From Verrucomicrobiia bacterium (lineage in GTDB: Bacteria > Verrucomicrobiota > Verrucomicrobiia > Limisphaerales > UBA11358): 64,000 nucleotides of DNA. Under the pieces are notes generated by a model. It saw only the letters and a list, made by a program, of their open reading frames with translations, was not told the DNA's origin and did no database searches. The translations under genes were made by a program, and so were the position numbers. Within the stretch, counting starts at the first letter, position 1; each line of letters opens with the position of its first letter. The stretch lies in assembly GCA_036498725.1 (NCBI GenBank), contig DASYEY010000083.1:21674-85673 (forward strand), read 5' to 3'. Below, in pieces: positions 10,529 through 19,866 of this stretch.

Positions 10529-12781
10529 ATGACGAGACACAATCTGACTATGAAACATTCACCGACTCATATTGCTTTTCATCGCCTGACCTTCCATTGG
10601 CTGGCGTTGTCACTGATTTTCACTGGCGTCATGTTGCCGGCAATCCTCCGTGCCGAAGTTCGTCTGCCCCATGTGTTTGGCAGCCATATGGTTTTTCAAA
10701 GAGAAAAACCGCTGATGGTCTGGGGCTGGGCGACGCCCGGTGAAACCGTTACAGTACAATTAGGCACGGCCAGCCAGACGGCGACCGCCAATGAACAGGG
10801 AGAATGGAAAGCGACCTTGCCGGCCATGGATGCCGGTGGTCCTTATACGCTCACCGTGAGTGGTTCAAGCACGGTCAAATACGATGACGTCATGGTCGGC
10901 GAAGTTTGGTTGTGCTCCGGCCAATCAAACATGGAATTCGGCCTCGGCCGTACTGATCATGCCAAAGACGAGATTGCCAATGCGAATCATCCCGGCCTCC
11001 GCTTGTTGATGGTGGATAACCGCTGGACACCGCAACCGCAAAACGATTTCGTCGGCACGTGGAAAGTATGCACGCCGCAATCCGTGGCCGAAGGTGGTTG
11101 GGATGGTTTTTCCGCTGCCGGATATTTCTTTGGACGCGATCTTAATGAAAAACTGGGCGTGACTATCGGTTTAATCGAAGCGGATTGGGGCGGCACGCGC
11201 ATCGAATCATGGACGCCGCCGGAAGGTTTCGCCGCGGTGCCCGCTTTAAAAAAAGAATATGAACGCGAACAATTAAGCGATCCCCGGACGCCGCTGCATC
11301 AACAACAACTGTCACAAACTTTGGATCAATACGCCCAATGGGTTCAAGCTGCGCGCCAGGCCATGACGGCCAAAACCGTAGTGCCACCAGTTCCCACTTA
11401 TCCCCCCGACCTGCTGGCCCCGCATGATTTGCAACAAGCCACGGCCCTTTATAATGGCATGATTTATCCGCTCGCACCGTTTGCGTTGCGCGGAGCCATC
11501 TGGTATCAGGGCGAAGCGAACGAATCCGAAGGGATGCTTTACGCAGAACGCATGAAAGCACTCGTCAACGGCTGGCGCACGGTCTGGAATGAAGGCGAAT
11601 TTCCCTTCTATTTTGTGCAGATTGCACCGTTCAACTATGGGGATAATCCGGAAAGACTCGCTGAACTTTGGGAAGCTCAAACCACTGCGGCTCAAGTAAT
11701 TCCGAACGTCGGCATGGCAGTTGTGAACGACATCGGCAATCTCCACGACATTCATCCCAGCAATAAACAAGATGTTGGCCATCGCCTGGCGTTGCTGGCA
11801 CTGGCCAAAACGTACGGGCAAAAAGATTTGGTATTCAGCGGCCCGACCTTTGATTCACTGACCATTGAAGGCAATACCCTTCGCATAAAGTTTGCCAACG
11901 TTGGCGGCGGACTGGCCAGCCGCAATGGCCAGCCATTGGATTGGTTTGAGATCATTGATGCGGATACCGGCGGATTTGTCAAAGCCGATGCCAAGATTGA
12001 AGGCGACAGCGTGGTGCTCTCGGCCGCAGGTGTGCCCCACCCCGTGGCGATGCGTTTTGCCTGGAGCAGCCTCGCTGAACCCAACCTGATGAATATGGAA
12101 AAACTCCCCGCGGGTGCCTTTCGGGCGGGAACCCTGCCCAAACGCGACTGGGTCGGCATGAACGTTCCCGAAGCAAAAGACTATCAAGTCGCCTATGATT
12201 TGGATCTGACGAAATTGGGCTCAACCATTTCCTATGACGTGGATAACCATCAGAACTTGAAACATCCTTTCGATCGCATCGCCTATTTTATCGAACTACA
12301 GGATGCCAACTGGAATACGCAAGACCTCTATGTCTCCATGGATGCCTTCACGGATGATGCCGGCAAGATCGGCGTGCCGGTGTTCGGTTCGGGCGCACAT
12401 TTCCAACAAAACGTTGCCAATCTAAATGTCTATTCCAATGTCAAAGGTATTGTCACCGGCACCCACTTGAACGGCGGCAACATCGAATTCTGGCCGAACA
12501 ACTATGCGCAAGCCAACGGCGCCAATGTGCCTAATGCCTCTTCGGAAACTTTTGATTTTGGTGACCAGCCCAATTTTCCTGAGGATGGCTACGGCTGCAT
12601 GCAGGTGCACAACCATGACGCCCATCAGACCTTGTTTGCCATTAATCACTGGCGTGAAGGTGCACATGCCGACATCGGCATCGGCAACCAGCCAAAAGAC
12701 AGTCCCGACTGGACCTTCGCCAGCAACGCCGGCAGCTATCATGTGATGCACCTGCGCGTATTGGTGCATTACCGTCAGTGA
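10529..12781 (+). CDS. Sialate O-acetylesterase-like (SGNH/DUF303-type) secreted esterase with ~200-aa C-terminal extension
   Basis: 'LPHVFGSHMVFQREKPLMVWGWA.PGE.VTV', 'VGEVWLCSGQSNMEFGL' and 'GAIWYQGEANE' are hallmarks of 9-O-acetylesterases. There is a signal/anchor segment. An alternative start is at 10550. Confidence 0.8.
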   Translation: MTRHNLTMKHSPTHIAFHRLTFHWLALSLIFTGVMLPAILRAEVRLPHVFGSHMVFQREKPLMVWGWATPGETVTVQLGTASQTATANEQGEWKATLPAMDAGGPYTLTVSGSSTVKYDDVMVGEVWLCSGQSNMEFGLGRTDHAKDEIANANHPGLRLLMVDNRWTPQPQNDFVGTWKVCTPQSVAEGGWDGFSAAGYFFGRDLNEKLGVTIGLIEADWGGTRIESWTPPEGFAAVPALKKEYEREQLSDPRTPLHQQQLSQTLDQYAQWVQAARQAMTAKTVVPPVPTYPPDLLAPHDLQQATALYNGMIYPLAPFALRGAIWYQGEANESEGMLYAERMKALVNGWRTVWNEGEFPFYFVQIAPFNYGDNPERLAELWEAQTTAAQVIPNVGMAVVNDIGNLHDIHPSNKQDVGHRLALLALAKTYGQKDLVFSGPTFDSLTIEGNTLRIKFANVGGGLASRNGQPLDWFEIIDADTGGFVKADAKIEGDSVVLSAAGVPHPVAMRFAWSSLAEPNLMNMEKLPAGAFRAGTLPKRDWVGMNVPEAKDYQVAYDLDLTKLGSTISYDVDNHQNLKHPFDRIAYFIELQDANWNTQDLYVSMDAFTDDAGKIGVPVFGSGAHFQQNVANLNVYSNVKGIVTGTHLNGGNIEFWPNNYAQANGANVPNASSETFDFGDQPNFPEDGYGCMQVHNHDAHQTLFAINHWREGAHADIGIGNQPKDSPDWTFASNAGSYHVMHLRVLVHYRQ

Positions 12782-12994
12782 GATCGTAGCACGAAGCTGC
12801 CTTAATTTGTGGCATCGGACGTGAGTCCGCTGCATTCTATTTTTAGACAGGATTACCAGAATTATACAGGATTCATTTTCATCCGGTTAACTCTTTCCAA
12901 AAACCGGTTCAGATTCTTGAAGAAAATAAACCGAATGAACCGAATTTTAAAATCTCGGGCAGTCCGTGTGGTGATGAAGGTTCGGGTGTATCAG

Positions 12995-13140
12995 TAGCCT
13001 GACAGCTCCGTTAGGAGCGAAATCTTTGTAGCAATAAATCCAAAAAATCTCCAGCTCCAAAGGAGCGGCATATGTCGCTCCTATGGAGCTAGTATTTCTT
13101 GTGTGCTGATTCTACAAATATGTCGCCCCACTGGGGCTTT
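12995..13140. repeat. Cluster of four short REP-like GC hairpins
   Basis: The stems are gctcc-N4-ggagc (13005-13018), gctcc-aaa-ggagc (13054-13066), tatgtcgctcc-tat-ggagc (13071-13089) and tatgtcgcccc-act-ggggc (13119-13137). The same unit type occurs at 58381-58427. Confidence 0.7.
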
Positions 13141-13290
13141 AAAAACAATTAAAGGCTCTTGTCAGGAATCGGTTCAAGTTCTTGGTTCCAATGCTAGATC
13201 GAAAGCTCCGGAGATTGCCGTTTTTTGAAGCAAACTGCAGTGTGATGTTCGACTCACGCGAGAATTTTTGCCGTTAGCAACCAGCCCAAA

Positions 13291-13644
13291 CTACACATCC
13301 TCCCTGTCACCCATATGCCACATGATCCGAAAACAAGGTGAAACATTGGCGTAAAGCATGAAAGCAACCAGCGTGACCAAAATCAAAATCCCCGACCAAA
13401 AAGCCAGATTCTTGACTTCATCAGATACTTCCACCCGGACATTCAGCCACAATGCGGCAGTTAACCATGCCAGAGGAAGGATGAATCCCAATACACCATA
13501 ATTATATAACAGCCTGGTTGCGGGTGGAATAATAACTCCACTGGTGGCAGCCGCCTTATGCCACAACCCCGAAGCGGCCACACCGGCAAAGATCACCCCC
13601 ACCTGCATGATCGCCACCAACGTTGCGTTTCGGACCGAGAACAT
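13291..13644 (-). CDS. Small hypothetical membrane protein (3-4 predicted TM segments)
   Basis: Hydrophobic stretches are 'LVAIMQVGVIFAGVAASGLW', 'YGVLGFILPLAWLTAALWL' and 'FWSGILILVTLVAFMLYA'. It is the last gene of the co-directional array. Confidence 0.45.
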   Translation of the reverse strand: MFSVRNATLVAIMQVGVIFAGVAASGLWHKAAATSGVIIPPATRLLYNYGVLGFILPLAWLTAALWLNVRVEVSDEVKNLAFWSGILILVTLVAFMLYANVSPCFRIMWHMGDREDV

Positions 13645-13740
13645 GAGCCCAGAGTATCACAAAAGCTGAAGCCGCTACAATTTTTGACCATAACTCCAAA
13701 TCGGAAGGCTTACGCTAAAATCAACAGCATGAAACCAAGT

Positions 13741-15792
13741 TTATTGCCGACCATTGTCGCGTTCAAAATTATCGTGAATGCTGCTCAAGACAGCGCGGTC
13801 GGCCAGAATGCCACTACCACCATTATTTCTAGATAAATTATCAACCACTTCGATGTTTTGGCAACCGTCCATCAACCCATCCATCAGAATTCCGTTTTGA
13901 TCGTTGCCCTCGGTCAGGTTTCCCTGAATGTGAATATTTTTGCTTTCGGTTATGTCCAAGCCATTAATGGCATTGCGCGCTGCTTCATTATTTAAAAGAT
14001 TCACGTCGCGGCTCCCGGACAAATGAATTCCGCTGCCCCAAAGCGAATCATCAAAACGACTGTCGCGCACGCTGGCATTGACGACATGCGCCAGCAATAA
14101 ATCGTGCTGAAGTCCCGCGCCAGGTGCGACGCTGGCTCCGTTGTCACTGAAATCACAGGCTGCGATGTTCACATCTTTCGCGCCGAGAATCGCAACGCCG
14201 TTCTGCGTGCAATTTCGAACCGTAACATGTTCAAAATTCAAGTTGTGCATCTGTCCTTCGTGTTGGGCAGAAAAAATAATGCCGCCACGGCTGGGTGCCA
14301 TTTGACTGGCTCGTTGACGGCGATCCTGATTTGGATCCGTTAGTGACGCGCGAACGACCGTGCTGCCCTCAACCACAAAATTTCTCAACGTGACGCCATG
14401 CAAATCGTCGCTGCCATTTACCAGTGTGGCGCGAACCGTGTCATTGGACTCAAGGGTCAAGATCGTCTCGCTTCCCTGCCCGACCAAGGTCACGTTGCTG
14501 GGGATGCGCAATGGCGCGGATAGGACATAGGTTCCATTGGTTAAAACCACCCAACCGCCATGAGTCAACTTATCCAAGGCTTTTTGAATGGATTCTCCCA
14601 GCGTGATCCTCACTGCATCAGCCGGCGGGCTGGTCATGACATCGTCCTGCGCGCCCGCTTCAGCTACCGAATGACCACGCGGCGACAAACTTTGCGGATC
14701 GGAAGGTTTGATCAGGCCACTACGAGACAACGTTAAAACACCCCATGATTTTCCGGCCAACTGTTCCGAAACACGTTTCGTAAATGGCATCTCCAGCCCT
14801 TTAACAAAATGATAGTGCTGATAAATCCCTTCATAAATATCGCTAAACTTCCCGCGCGCGCGGGGAGAAAGAATACCATAGGCTGGCACGGTTTCGCCGA
14901 GCATATATTTCGCGGTGTATTCAAACCCCAAAGCGAGGCGATTGTCAGCTGTGCCATAGAGGTCAACTCCTTGATTATAGGCAACCTGGCAGGCCTGCGC
15001 CAATTCGCCAAGCCCGAGCTGTGTGTGGGCCTGATCGCGCGCATTTTCTTCGCACTGTCCGCTGGGGTAGATATATTTGGTGATGCCACCGTTGCCTTCG
15101 CCGCGTAAAAAATGCTTCACGGCACTATCAAAAATCGTGTGGTCATCGCAAAAGATACCGATGCACAGCATCGTGTCCATCATGGCCGCGTCCCAATTAC
15201 CGTTCGCTTCCGGAAAATAATTTTTAAGCAACGGATAATAGACCGTCAGCAACATGCGTTTGAACTGGTCTACATCCTTTTCCTGCCAGCCCGAGTTTGG
15301 GCGGCGCAAAATTTCGGCGGCGTTACAAAATACATGGCCGCTCCACGCGGCCAGTAATTTGGCATCATTGCCCTGAAAGTCCCAAAGCGTGTAAGACCAG
15401 GCGTTGATGATCGCAATCGCTTTTTGCGCGTGCTGCTGGTCGCCTGTGACAACCCACTGAAGGGCCTGACTATAAGCGGCGTGGGCGCTGTCCTCCAATT
15501 CCTGCCCGCCAATGTTGGGGTGAGCATATGACCCGCGAATCACATGCACGAACGGCTTGGGTTCGAAGTTGAGCGACGAATTATTTTCCGCACATAAATG
15601 GCGCCAGGCAGTTTTCCACGGTTCCTGCCCCTTGGTGATGGCTTGTTTTACGAACGCCAGATCCTGCTGGTTCTGCAACATTCCCGGATGAACAAACGCC
15701 TCTGCACCAGATGCCGGATGGGCCGCGCCCAGAATGGCCACGACGATGACGCCGATAAAAAACTGAAATATATTTATTCTCACGTTGTTCAA
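13741..15792 (-). CDS. Secreted polysaccharide lyase-like protein: alginate-lyase-type (alpha/alpha) N-domain fused to right-handed parallel beta-helix
   Basis: It has a signal peptide. 'HPGMLQNQQDLAFVK...PWKTAW' and 'AIAIINAWSYTLWDF.GNDAKLLAAW' resemble the alginate lyase (PF05426-type) fold. The C-terminal half has the repeated 'N..V.....F.DN' beta-helix periodicity. Confidence 0.55.
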   Translation of the reverse strand: MNNVRINIFQFFIGVIVVAILGAAHPASGAEAFVHPGMLQNQQDLAFVKQAITKGQEPWKTAWRHLCAENNSSLNFEPKPFVHVIRGSYAHPNIGGQELEDSAHAAYSQALQWVVTGDQQHAQKAIAIINAWSYTLWDFQGNDAKLLAAWSGHVFCNAAEILRRPNSGWQEKDVDQFKRMLLTVYYPLLKNYFPEANGNWDAAMMDTMLCIGIFCDDHTIFDSAVKHFLRGEGNGGITKYIYPSGQCEENARDQAHTQLGLGELAQACQVAYNQGVDLYGTADNRLALGFEYTAKYMLGETVPAYGILSPRARGKFSDIYEGIYQHYHFVKGLEMPFTKRVSEQLAGKSWGVLTLSRSGLIKPSDPQSLSPRGHSVAEAGAQDDVMTSPPADAVRITLGESIQKALDKLTHGGWVVLTNGTYVLSAPLRIPSNVTLVGQGSETILTLESNDTVRATLVNGSDDLHGVTLRNFVVEGSTVVRASLTDPNQDRRQRASQMAPSRGGIIFSAQHEGQMHNLNFEHVTVRNCTQNGVAILGAKDVNIAACDFSDNGASVAPGAGLQHDLLLAHVVNASVRDSRFDDSLWGSGIHLSGSRDVNLLNNEAARNAINGLDITESKNIHIQGNLTEGNDQNGILMDGLMDGCQNIEVVDNLSRNNGGSGILADRAVLSSIHDNFERDNGRQ

Positions 15793-15912
15793 AATTTCGA
15801 ATTGCTGTCGCTCACATTCATCAAGTTCATCTGAGCGTTTATGATTATTTACCTATCTCTCGGACGTTGTGGCTTAAAAAGAAGTTCCATCCATTTACCC
15901 GAGAGTGCCCAA

Positions 15913-16830
15913 TCATTTGTTATTTGCCCCGGCCATATATTCCCAAACATTTGTGAATTGCCCGGACAAGGTGGAGCCGTGCGCTTGTTTTTTGGGGACG
16001 TTATTGATCAGAATCTGGTAATTACCATGGATCGCTTCACCCGGTTTTACCGCCAGTGCTTCCGGCTTTGCCAGCTGCATGAGCAACTGGCAATTGGCGA
16101 TCTGATGCTGCACGTTAAAAGGATCGTTTTGGGATAAAAAAGCGTAAAATTGTGAGGCTGGCGTGGCGCTTTCGCCCGCCTGCCAGAGCGCGGGTTTGTT
16201 GAGGTCAGACAGATAGTCTTGCGGCCCGGAAAACATCAACACCCGATCCACTTTGAACATTTTACCGAGGTATGCGGCGTGACCGGAACCTTGCGAATGT
16301 CCGGCCACAATGATTCGATCCCACGCTGGTTTTCCATTGGTCATAAACTCATCCCAACCTCCTTTCGGATCATGTATCACCAGGTAGGCCAGCAATTTTT
16401 GAAAACGATTTAAAATCGAGTTGGCAGAATCCACCTTCACGGCATCACTTACGGGAGCGCCTGTGACAATAGCATTACGATATCGGTCAAACGATGCAGG
16501 GTCATGGCTATGCGCACTGGCAGTGGCAATGATGTTGTTCTCATAGTCAATACTGATGGCATAATACCCCCACTTGGCAAAAACGCTGTCCATACCGAAG
16601 CTATTCGTCGCTTTGCTGCCTGTGCCCGCGATAAAGAAGAATAGACGATGACGTGAAACCAACTGCGGATCATACAGGGCGAGATGAGGACCGTGAACCG
16701 CTTCAATCGCCGGATCAGTTTGCCCCGGTTCCACAGATAAAACCTTCATCTGGGCATAAAGATTGCCGCTGCCCAACAGCATCACGACCAGAGTGGCGAA
16801 TAGATTACGAAAAAAGGTGTAAACATTCAT
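15913..16830 (-). CDS. Secreted alpha/beta-hydrolase (putative carbohydrate esterase)
   Basis: It has the signal peptide 'MNVYTFFRNLFATLVVMLLGSGNLYAQ' and the nucleophile elbow 'VAGHSQGSG'. Confidence 0.6.
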   Translation of the reverse strand: MNVYTFFRNLFATLVVMLLGSGNLYAQMKVLSVEPGQTDPAIEAVHGPHLALYDPQLVSRHRLFFFIAGTGSKATNSFGMDSVFAKWGYYAISIDYENNIIATASAHSHDPASFDRYRNAIVTGAPVSDAVKVDSANSILNRFQKLLAYLVIHDPKGGWDEFMTNGKPAWDRIIVAGHSQGSGHAAYLGKMFKVDRVLMFSGPQDYLSDLNKPALWQAGESATPASQFYAFLSQNDPFNVQHQIANCQLLMQLAKPEALAVKPGEAIHGNYQILINNVPKKQAHGSTLSGQFTNVWEYMAGANNK

Positions 16831-16864
16831 AGCATCATGCCTTGTTTCAAATTGGCGCCTTGAT

Positions 16865-18928
16865 TTATTGCTCCATCACCACGGCGGCGGAACGGGGAGG
16901 AATTTGCAACCGGCCAGTAGTCGGCTGGGCGTCGGGCTGCTCGGGCGTGGCCATGACGAGTTTGCCCGAAGCAGGTAATTCTACTTTCGCGGTGATGGCC
17001 TGTGAAAAGTCCAAGTTGATCACCACCACTGCACGTTTGCCGGTGGCCGTCATAAAAACCGAGTAACGAAAATTGCCAGCACTGGTCACGTTCGCACCCA
17101 GCGTGTCGCGAAAGGTGGCGTCCCAGAGATATGATTTATACTGGCGGCGCAAAGCATCAATTTTTTTGCCATATGCCAGCGTCAATGGATAGTCGGTCAA
17201 GTGACCCTTAAAATTATAGGGCTCATAGCTGATGATGTACCGATCCAACAAAATCAGGTTCAACATTTCACGATCGTCAAATCCGGTCACCGCCACCATC
17301 AATGGCGCTTGCGGATCAAGATAGCGACAAACCGGCGTCGAACCAGTATTGATGCGGAAATAGGAGCATGGGAAATATTGCAACAACCAATCTTCCGGTC
17401 CTTCGCCGGAAAAAAGAAAGTCAGGGTCCTTTTTGTCGGCGGCGGCGCGCAACTGCGCACCCAGCGGCAGGTCACCGCCATAGAGGTAACCGGGCGGAGT
17501 GTAACCGTGATTGGCGGCGAAGTTGTAGTAAACACTGGCATGATGACAAACCTCATCCCAAAGCCAGCCGGCAGAACCCAAAGCGAGGATTTTTTCAAAT
17601 TCCCGAGTGGCGACGTCACGATAGGCAGGATCTTGAAAATCCATCACGGCGCGGCGGTGAACCCCGATACCTGCCAATTGAGTCGGGGTAAAATATTGAT
17701 AACCGCCTTGTTCATACCGTTTGCCGTCGGGATCAACGCATTCATATTTATAAAGTTCATTGGTGTACCACGGCATGGTCAGATCGGCCCAGTTCAGTTT
17801 GGCGAACAAAATAATTTTTACTCCCCGGGACTGAATCTGCGTGATGGCGTCGCGCAGTTCCTGCCAGGTGCCGAGACCCGGTTCAATGTCCTGCGCCGGA
17901 TCGCCACCGTCCTGTCCCCAGTGATTCCAGCCAACCAACTGAATGGCGCCCACCCCGTTGCTGGCACATTCCTCGCCATAGGCCAAAAGATTAGTGTAAG
18001 CCACGCGGAAGTCCTGTTCCGGCGAATCAATCTGCAACTGTTGCCAGGAATTCACGTCTTGAATCCACGTTGCCAGATGCGCCGGCTTGAACCAGGTCGC
18101 GCGCCACTTTTTGTAAATGTCCACGCCTGCATGCCAATCACCGACATAACTTTGCAATACGATGGGGGCGAGTTTTGCGGTCGAATGCGGATGAACATAA
18201 GCGACGTGCGACAGGCGGAATTCTTCATGCCGCGGATTTGTCTCTGTCTTGGTCGGGCCGCGTTGATTGAAGGCAAATCTCAATAAATATGGCTGCGTGG
18301 CATCGTGCATCGCCACATATAAGCCCTCATTCGTGGATTGAATGAGGCAGAAAAGACTTTGTTTGGACTCAACCGCGTAGGCTGACGCAATATCGGCCGA
18401 TTTCAAATCACCATACCACATATACCGGGCCACCAACGGCATACCGTTCGAGGTTTCGTTCAAGTCGCCAAAATAGGGATAATCAATGGACCCCACCATC
18501 AATGAGGAATCATTTTCCAATGTCGTGGCAAAGGTCAGCACGCCATTGGTCAAAGTCACAAGCGCGGTCAACGTCATGGGCAAAACCTCACCCTGATCAC
18601 TGACCAGATCCTTCCATTGCAGGCGGACTTCCTGGCCGGAAACTTTTACCATTTCAGCGGCATGTTGTTTTTGGCCGCGAACCACATTATTCCGGTGATT
18701 CGGCAGCAGCGCATTTAATTGGAACGAAACACCCAGTTCCGGCCGACGTTCAATGACCCAATGAGTGGATTTATTTTCCAACCGCGTCAGTGCGCCTGAA
18801 TCACCATCAAAAGCAACCGACAACTTGTCATCCTGCAATACTACTTCGCTGGCGACAGCGGAAACTTGAGCGGCAAAAAAAACCAAGGCAGCCAGCGCTC
18901 CCATCGCGAAAAGAAAATGCTTTTTCAT
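16865..18928 (-). CDS. Secreted uncharacterised glycoside-hydrolase-like protein (beta-sandwich N-domain plus TIM-barrel-like core)
   Basis: The start was chosen at ATG 18928 ('MKKHFLFAMGALAALVFFAAQVSA'); the ORF track extends to 19078. 'IQLVGWNHWGQDGGDP...GVKIILFAKLNWAD' resembles GH-like TIM barrels. The N-domain is paralogous to the upstream gene. Confidence 0.45.
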   Translation of the reverse strand: MKKHFLFAMGALAALVFFAAQVSAVASEVVLQDDKLSVAFDGDSGALTRLENKSTHWVIERRPELGVSFQLNALLPNHRNNVVRGQKQHAAEMVKVSGQEVRLQWKDLVSDQGEVLPMTLTALVTLTNGVLTFATTLENDSSLMVGSIDYPYFGDLNETSNGMPLVARYMWYGDLKSADIASAYAVESKQSLFCLIQSTNEGLYVAMHDATQPYLLRFAFNQRGPTKTETNPRHEEFRLSHVAYVHPHSTAKLAPIVLQSYVGDWHAGVDIYKKWRATWFKPAHLATWIQDVNSWQQLQIDSPEQDFRVAYTNLLAYGEECASNGVGAIQLVGWNHWGQDGGDPAQDIEPGLGTWQELRDAITQIQSRGVKIILFAKLNWADLTMPWYTNELYKYECVDPDGKRYEQGGYQYFTPTQLAGIGVHRRAVMDFQDPAYRDVATREFEKILALGSAGWLWDEVCHHASVYYNFAANHGYTPPGYLYGGDLPLGAQLRAAADKKDPDFLFSGEGPEDWLLQYFPCSYFRINTGSTPVCRYLDPQAPLMVAVTGFDDREMLNLILLDRYIISYEPYNFKGHLTDYPLTLAYGKKIDALRRQYKSYLWDATFRDTLGANVTSAGNFRYSVFMTATGKRAVVVINLDFSQAITAKVELPASGKLVMATPEQPDAQPTTGRLQIPPRSAAVVMEQ

Positions 18929-18932
18929 GGAA

Positions 18933-19859
18933 TTATTTATCGAGGCCAATGCCGGAATGCCAGTCGCCTTGATAACTGCGCAGAAGAATCGGCGCCAGAT
19001 TCGTTGTGGTATGGGGAGCCGCGAAAATAAAATGGCAGATGCGAAATTCCAAATGCACCGGCGTGCCGGCAATTTCATCTTCCGCCGGAACGAGATTATT
19101 GATGGATGAAATCAAGCCAGGATGTTGTTCAAAAGTATATTGCATCCGATAAGGTGCCGACGGATCGGTGATGCCAATCAACAACCCTTCATTCGCGGCG
19201 GTAATCAGGCAGAAACGACTCGCCTGCACTTCACGGGTTTTCAACGGCCAGAAAACACCCCAATAACCTTTCTCGTTGGCAAAGTGAGGATAAATTTCAT
19301 CCGATTTAAACTTACCCGGCGCGTTGTTGGTCATCACCCGCACCGTCAACGGCGTGGCGCGCTTCGGCGCATTGAGATCGCCGAAATAAGGATAATCAAT
19401 ACTTTCGACCGTCAGCGCCGAATTGTTTTCCAGCGTGGCGTTGAAAGTCAATACACCATTGGTCAACGTCACGGCAGCGCTTAGTGCCATTGGCAAAACT
19501 CCACCATTTTCACTATCCAGATTTTTCCACTGAAGATGAATTTCGTGATCGGAAATCTTTTTAACTTCCGTCGCCACTTGGTTCGTTCCCAGAACTGGAT
19601 TCCAACGACGTTCCGGAAGCGGCGCAAATAATCGAAATGAAACCCCCAGCTCAGGCCGCCGCTCCATTACCCAATGGGTTCTTTTGTTTTCCAGTTGCGT
19701 CAACGCGCCGGAACGAGAGTCAAAGACCACCCGCAACGAATCATCTTCCAAAGTTACATCAGCGGCAGAAACCGGCGGCGCACCGGTGCAGGCGAAATAC
19801 AACCCGCTTAAAATCAAGCATCCGACCAGCGAATTAATTTTGATCCTGTTGCCCGGCAT
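18933..19859 (-). CDS. Stand-alone copy of the N-terminal ~300 aa of the downstream GH-like protein
   Basis: It has a signal peptide. It aligns along its whole length with 16865-18928 (e.g. 'ERRPELGVSF', 'VTLTNGVLTF.ATLEN.S', 'IDYPYFGDLN', 'GDWH.G') and stops right after the shared 'YQGDWHSGIGL' block. It ends 4 nt before the next start. Confidence 0.6.
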   Translation of the reverse strand: MPGNRIKINSLVGCLILSGLYFACTGAPPVSAADVTLEDDSLRVVFDSRSGALTQLENKRTHWVMERRPELGVSFRLFAPLPERRWNPVLGTNQVATEVKKISDHEIHLQWKNLDSENGGVLPMALSAAVTLTNGVLTFNATLENNSALTVESIDYPYFGDLNAPKRATPLTVRVMTNNAPGKFKSDEIYPHFANEKGYWGVFWPLKTREVQASRFCLITAANEGLLIGITDPSAPYRMQYTFEQHPGLISSINNLVPAEDEIAGTPVHLEFRICHFIFAAPHTTTNLAPILLRSYQGDWHSGIGLDK

Positions 19860-19866
19860 AACCTTT

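Noticed and set aside
12809-12997. 62-codon ORF 'MASDVSPLHSIFRQDYQNYTGFIFIRL...' in the intergenic mosaic.
   Set aside because: It is the translation of AT-rich dispersed-repeat sequence (caggattaccagaattatacaggattc). I see no RBS or conservation logic, so I treat it as a repeat rather than a gene.
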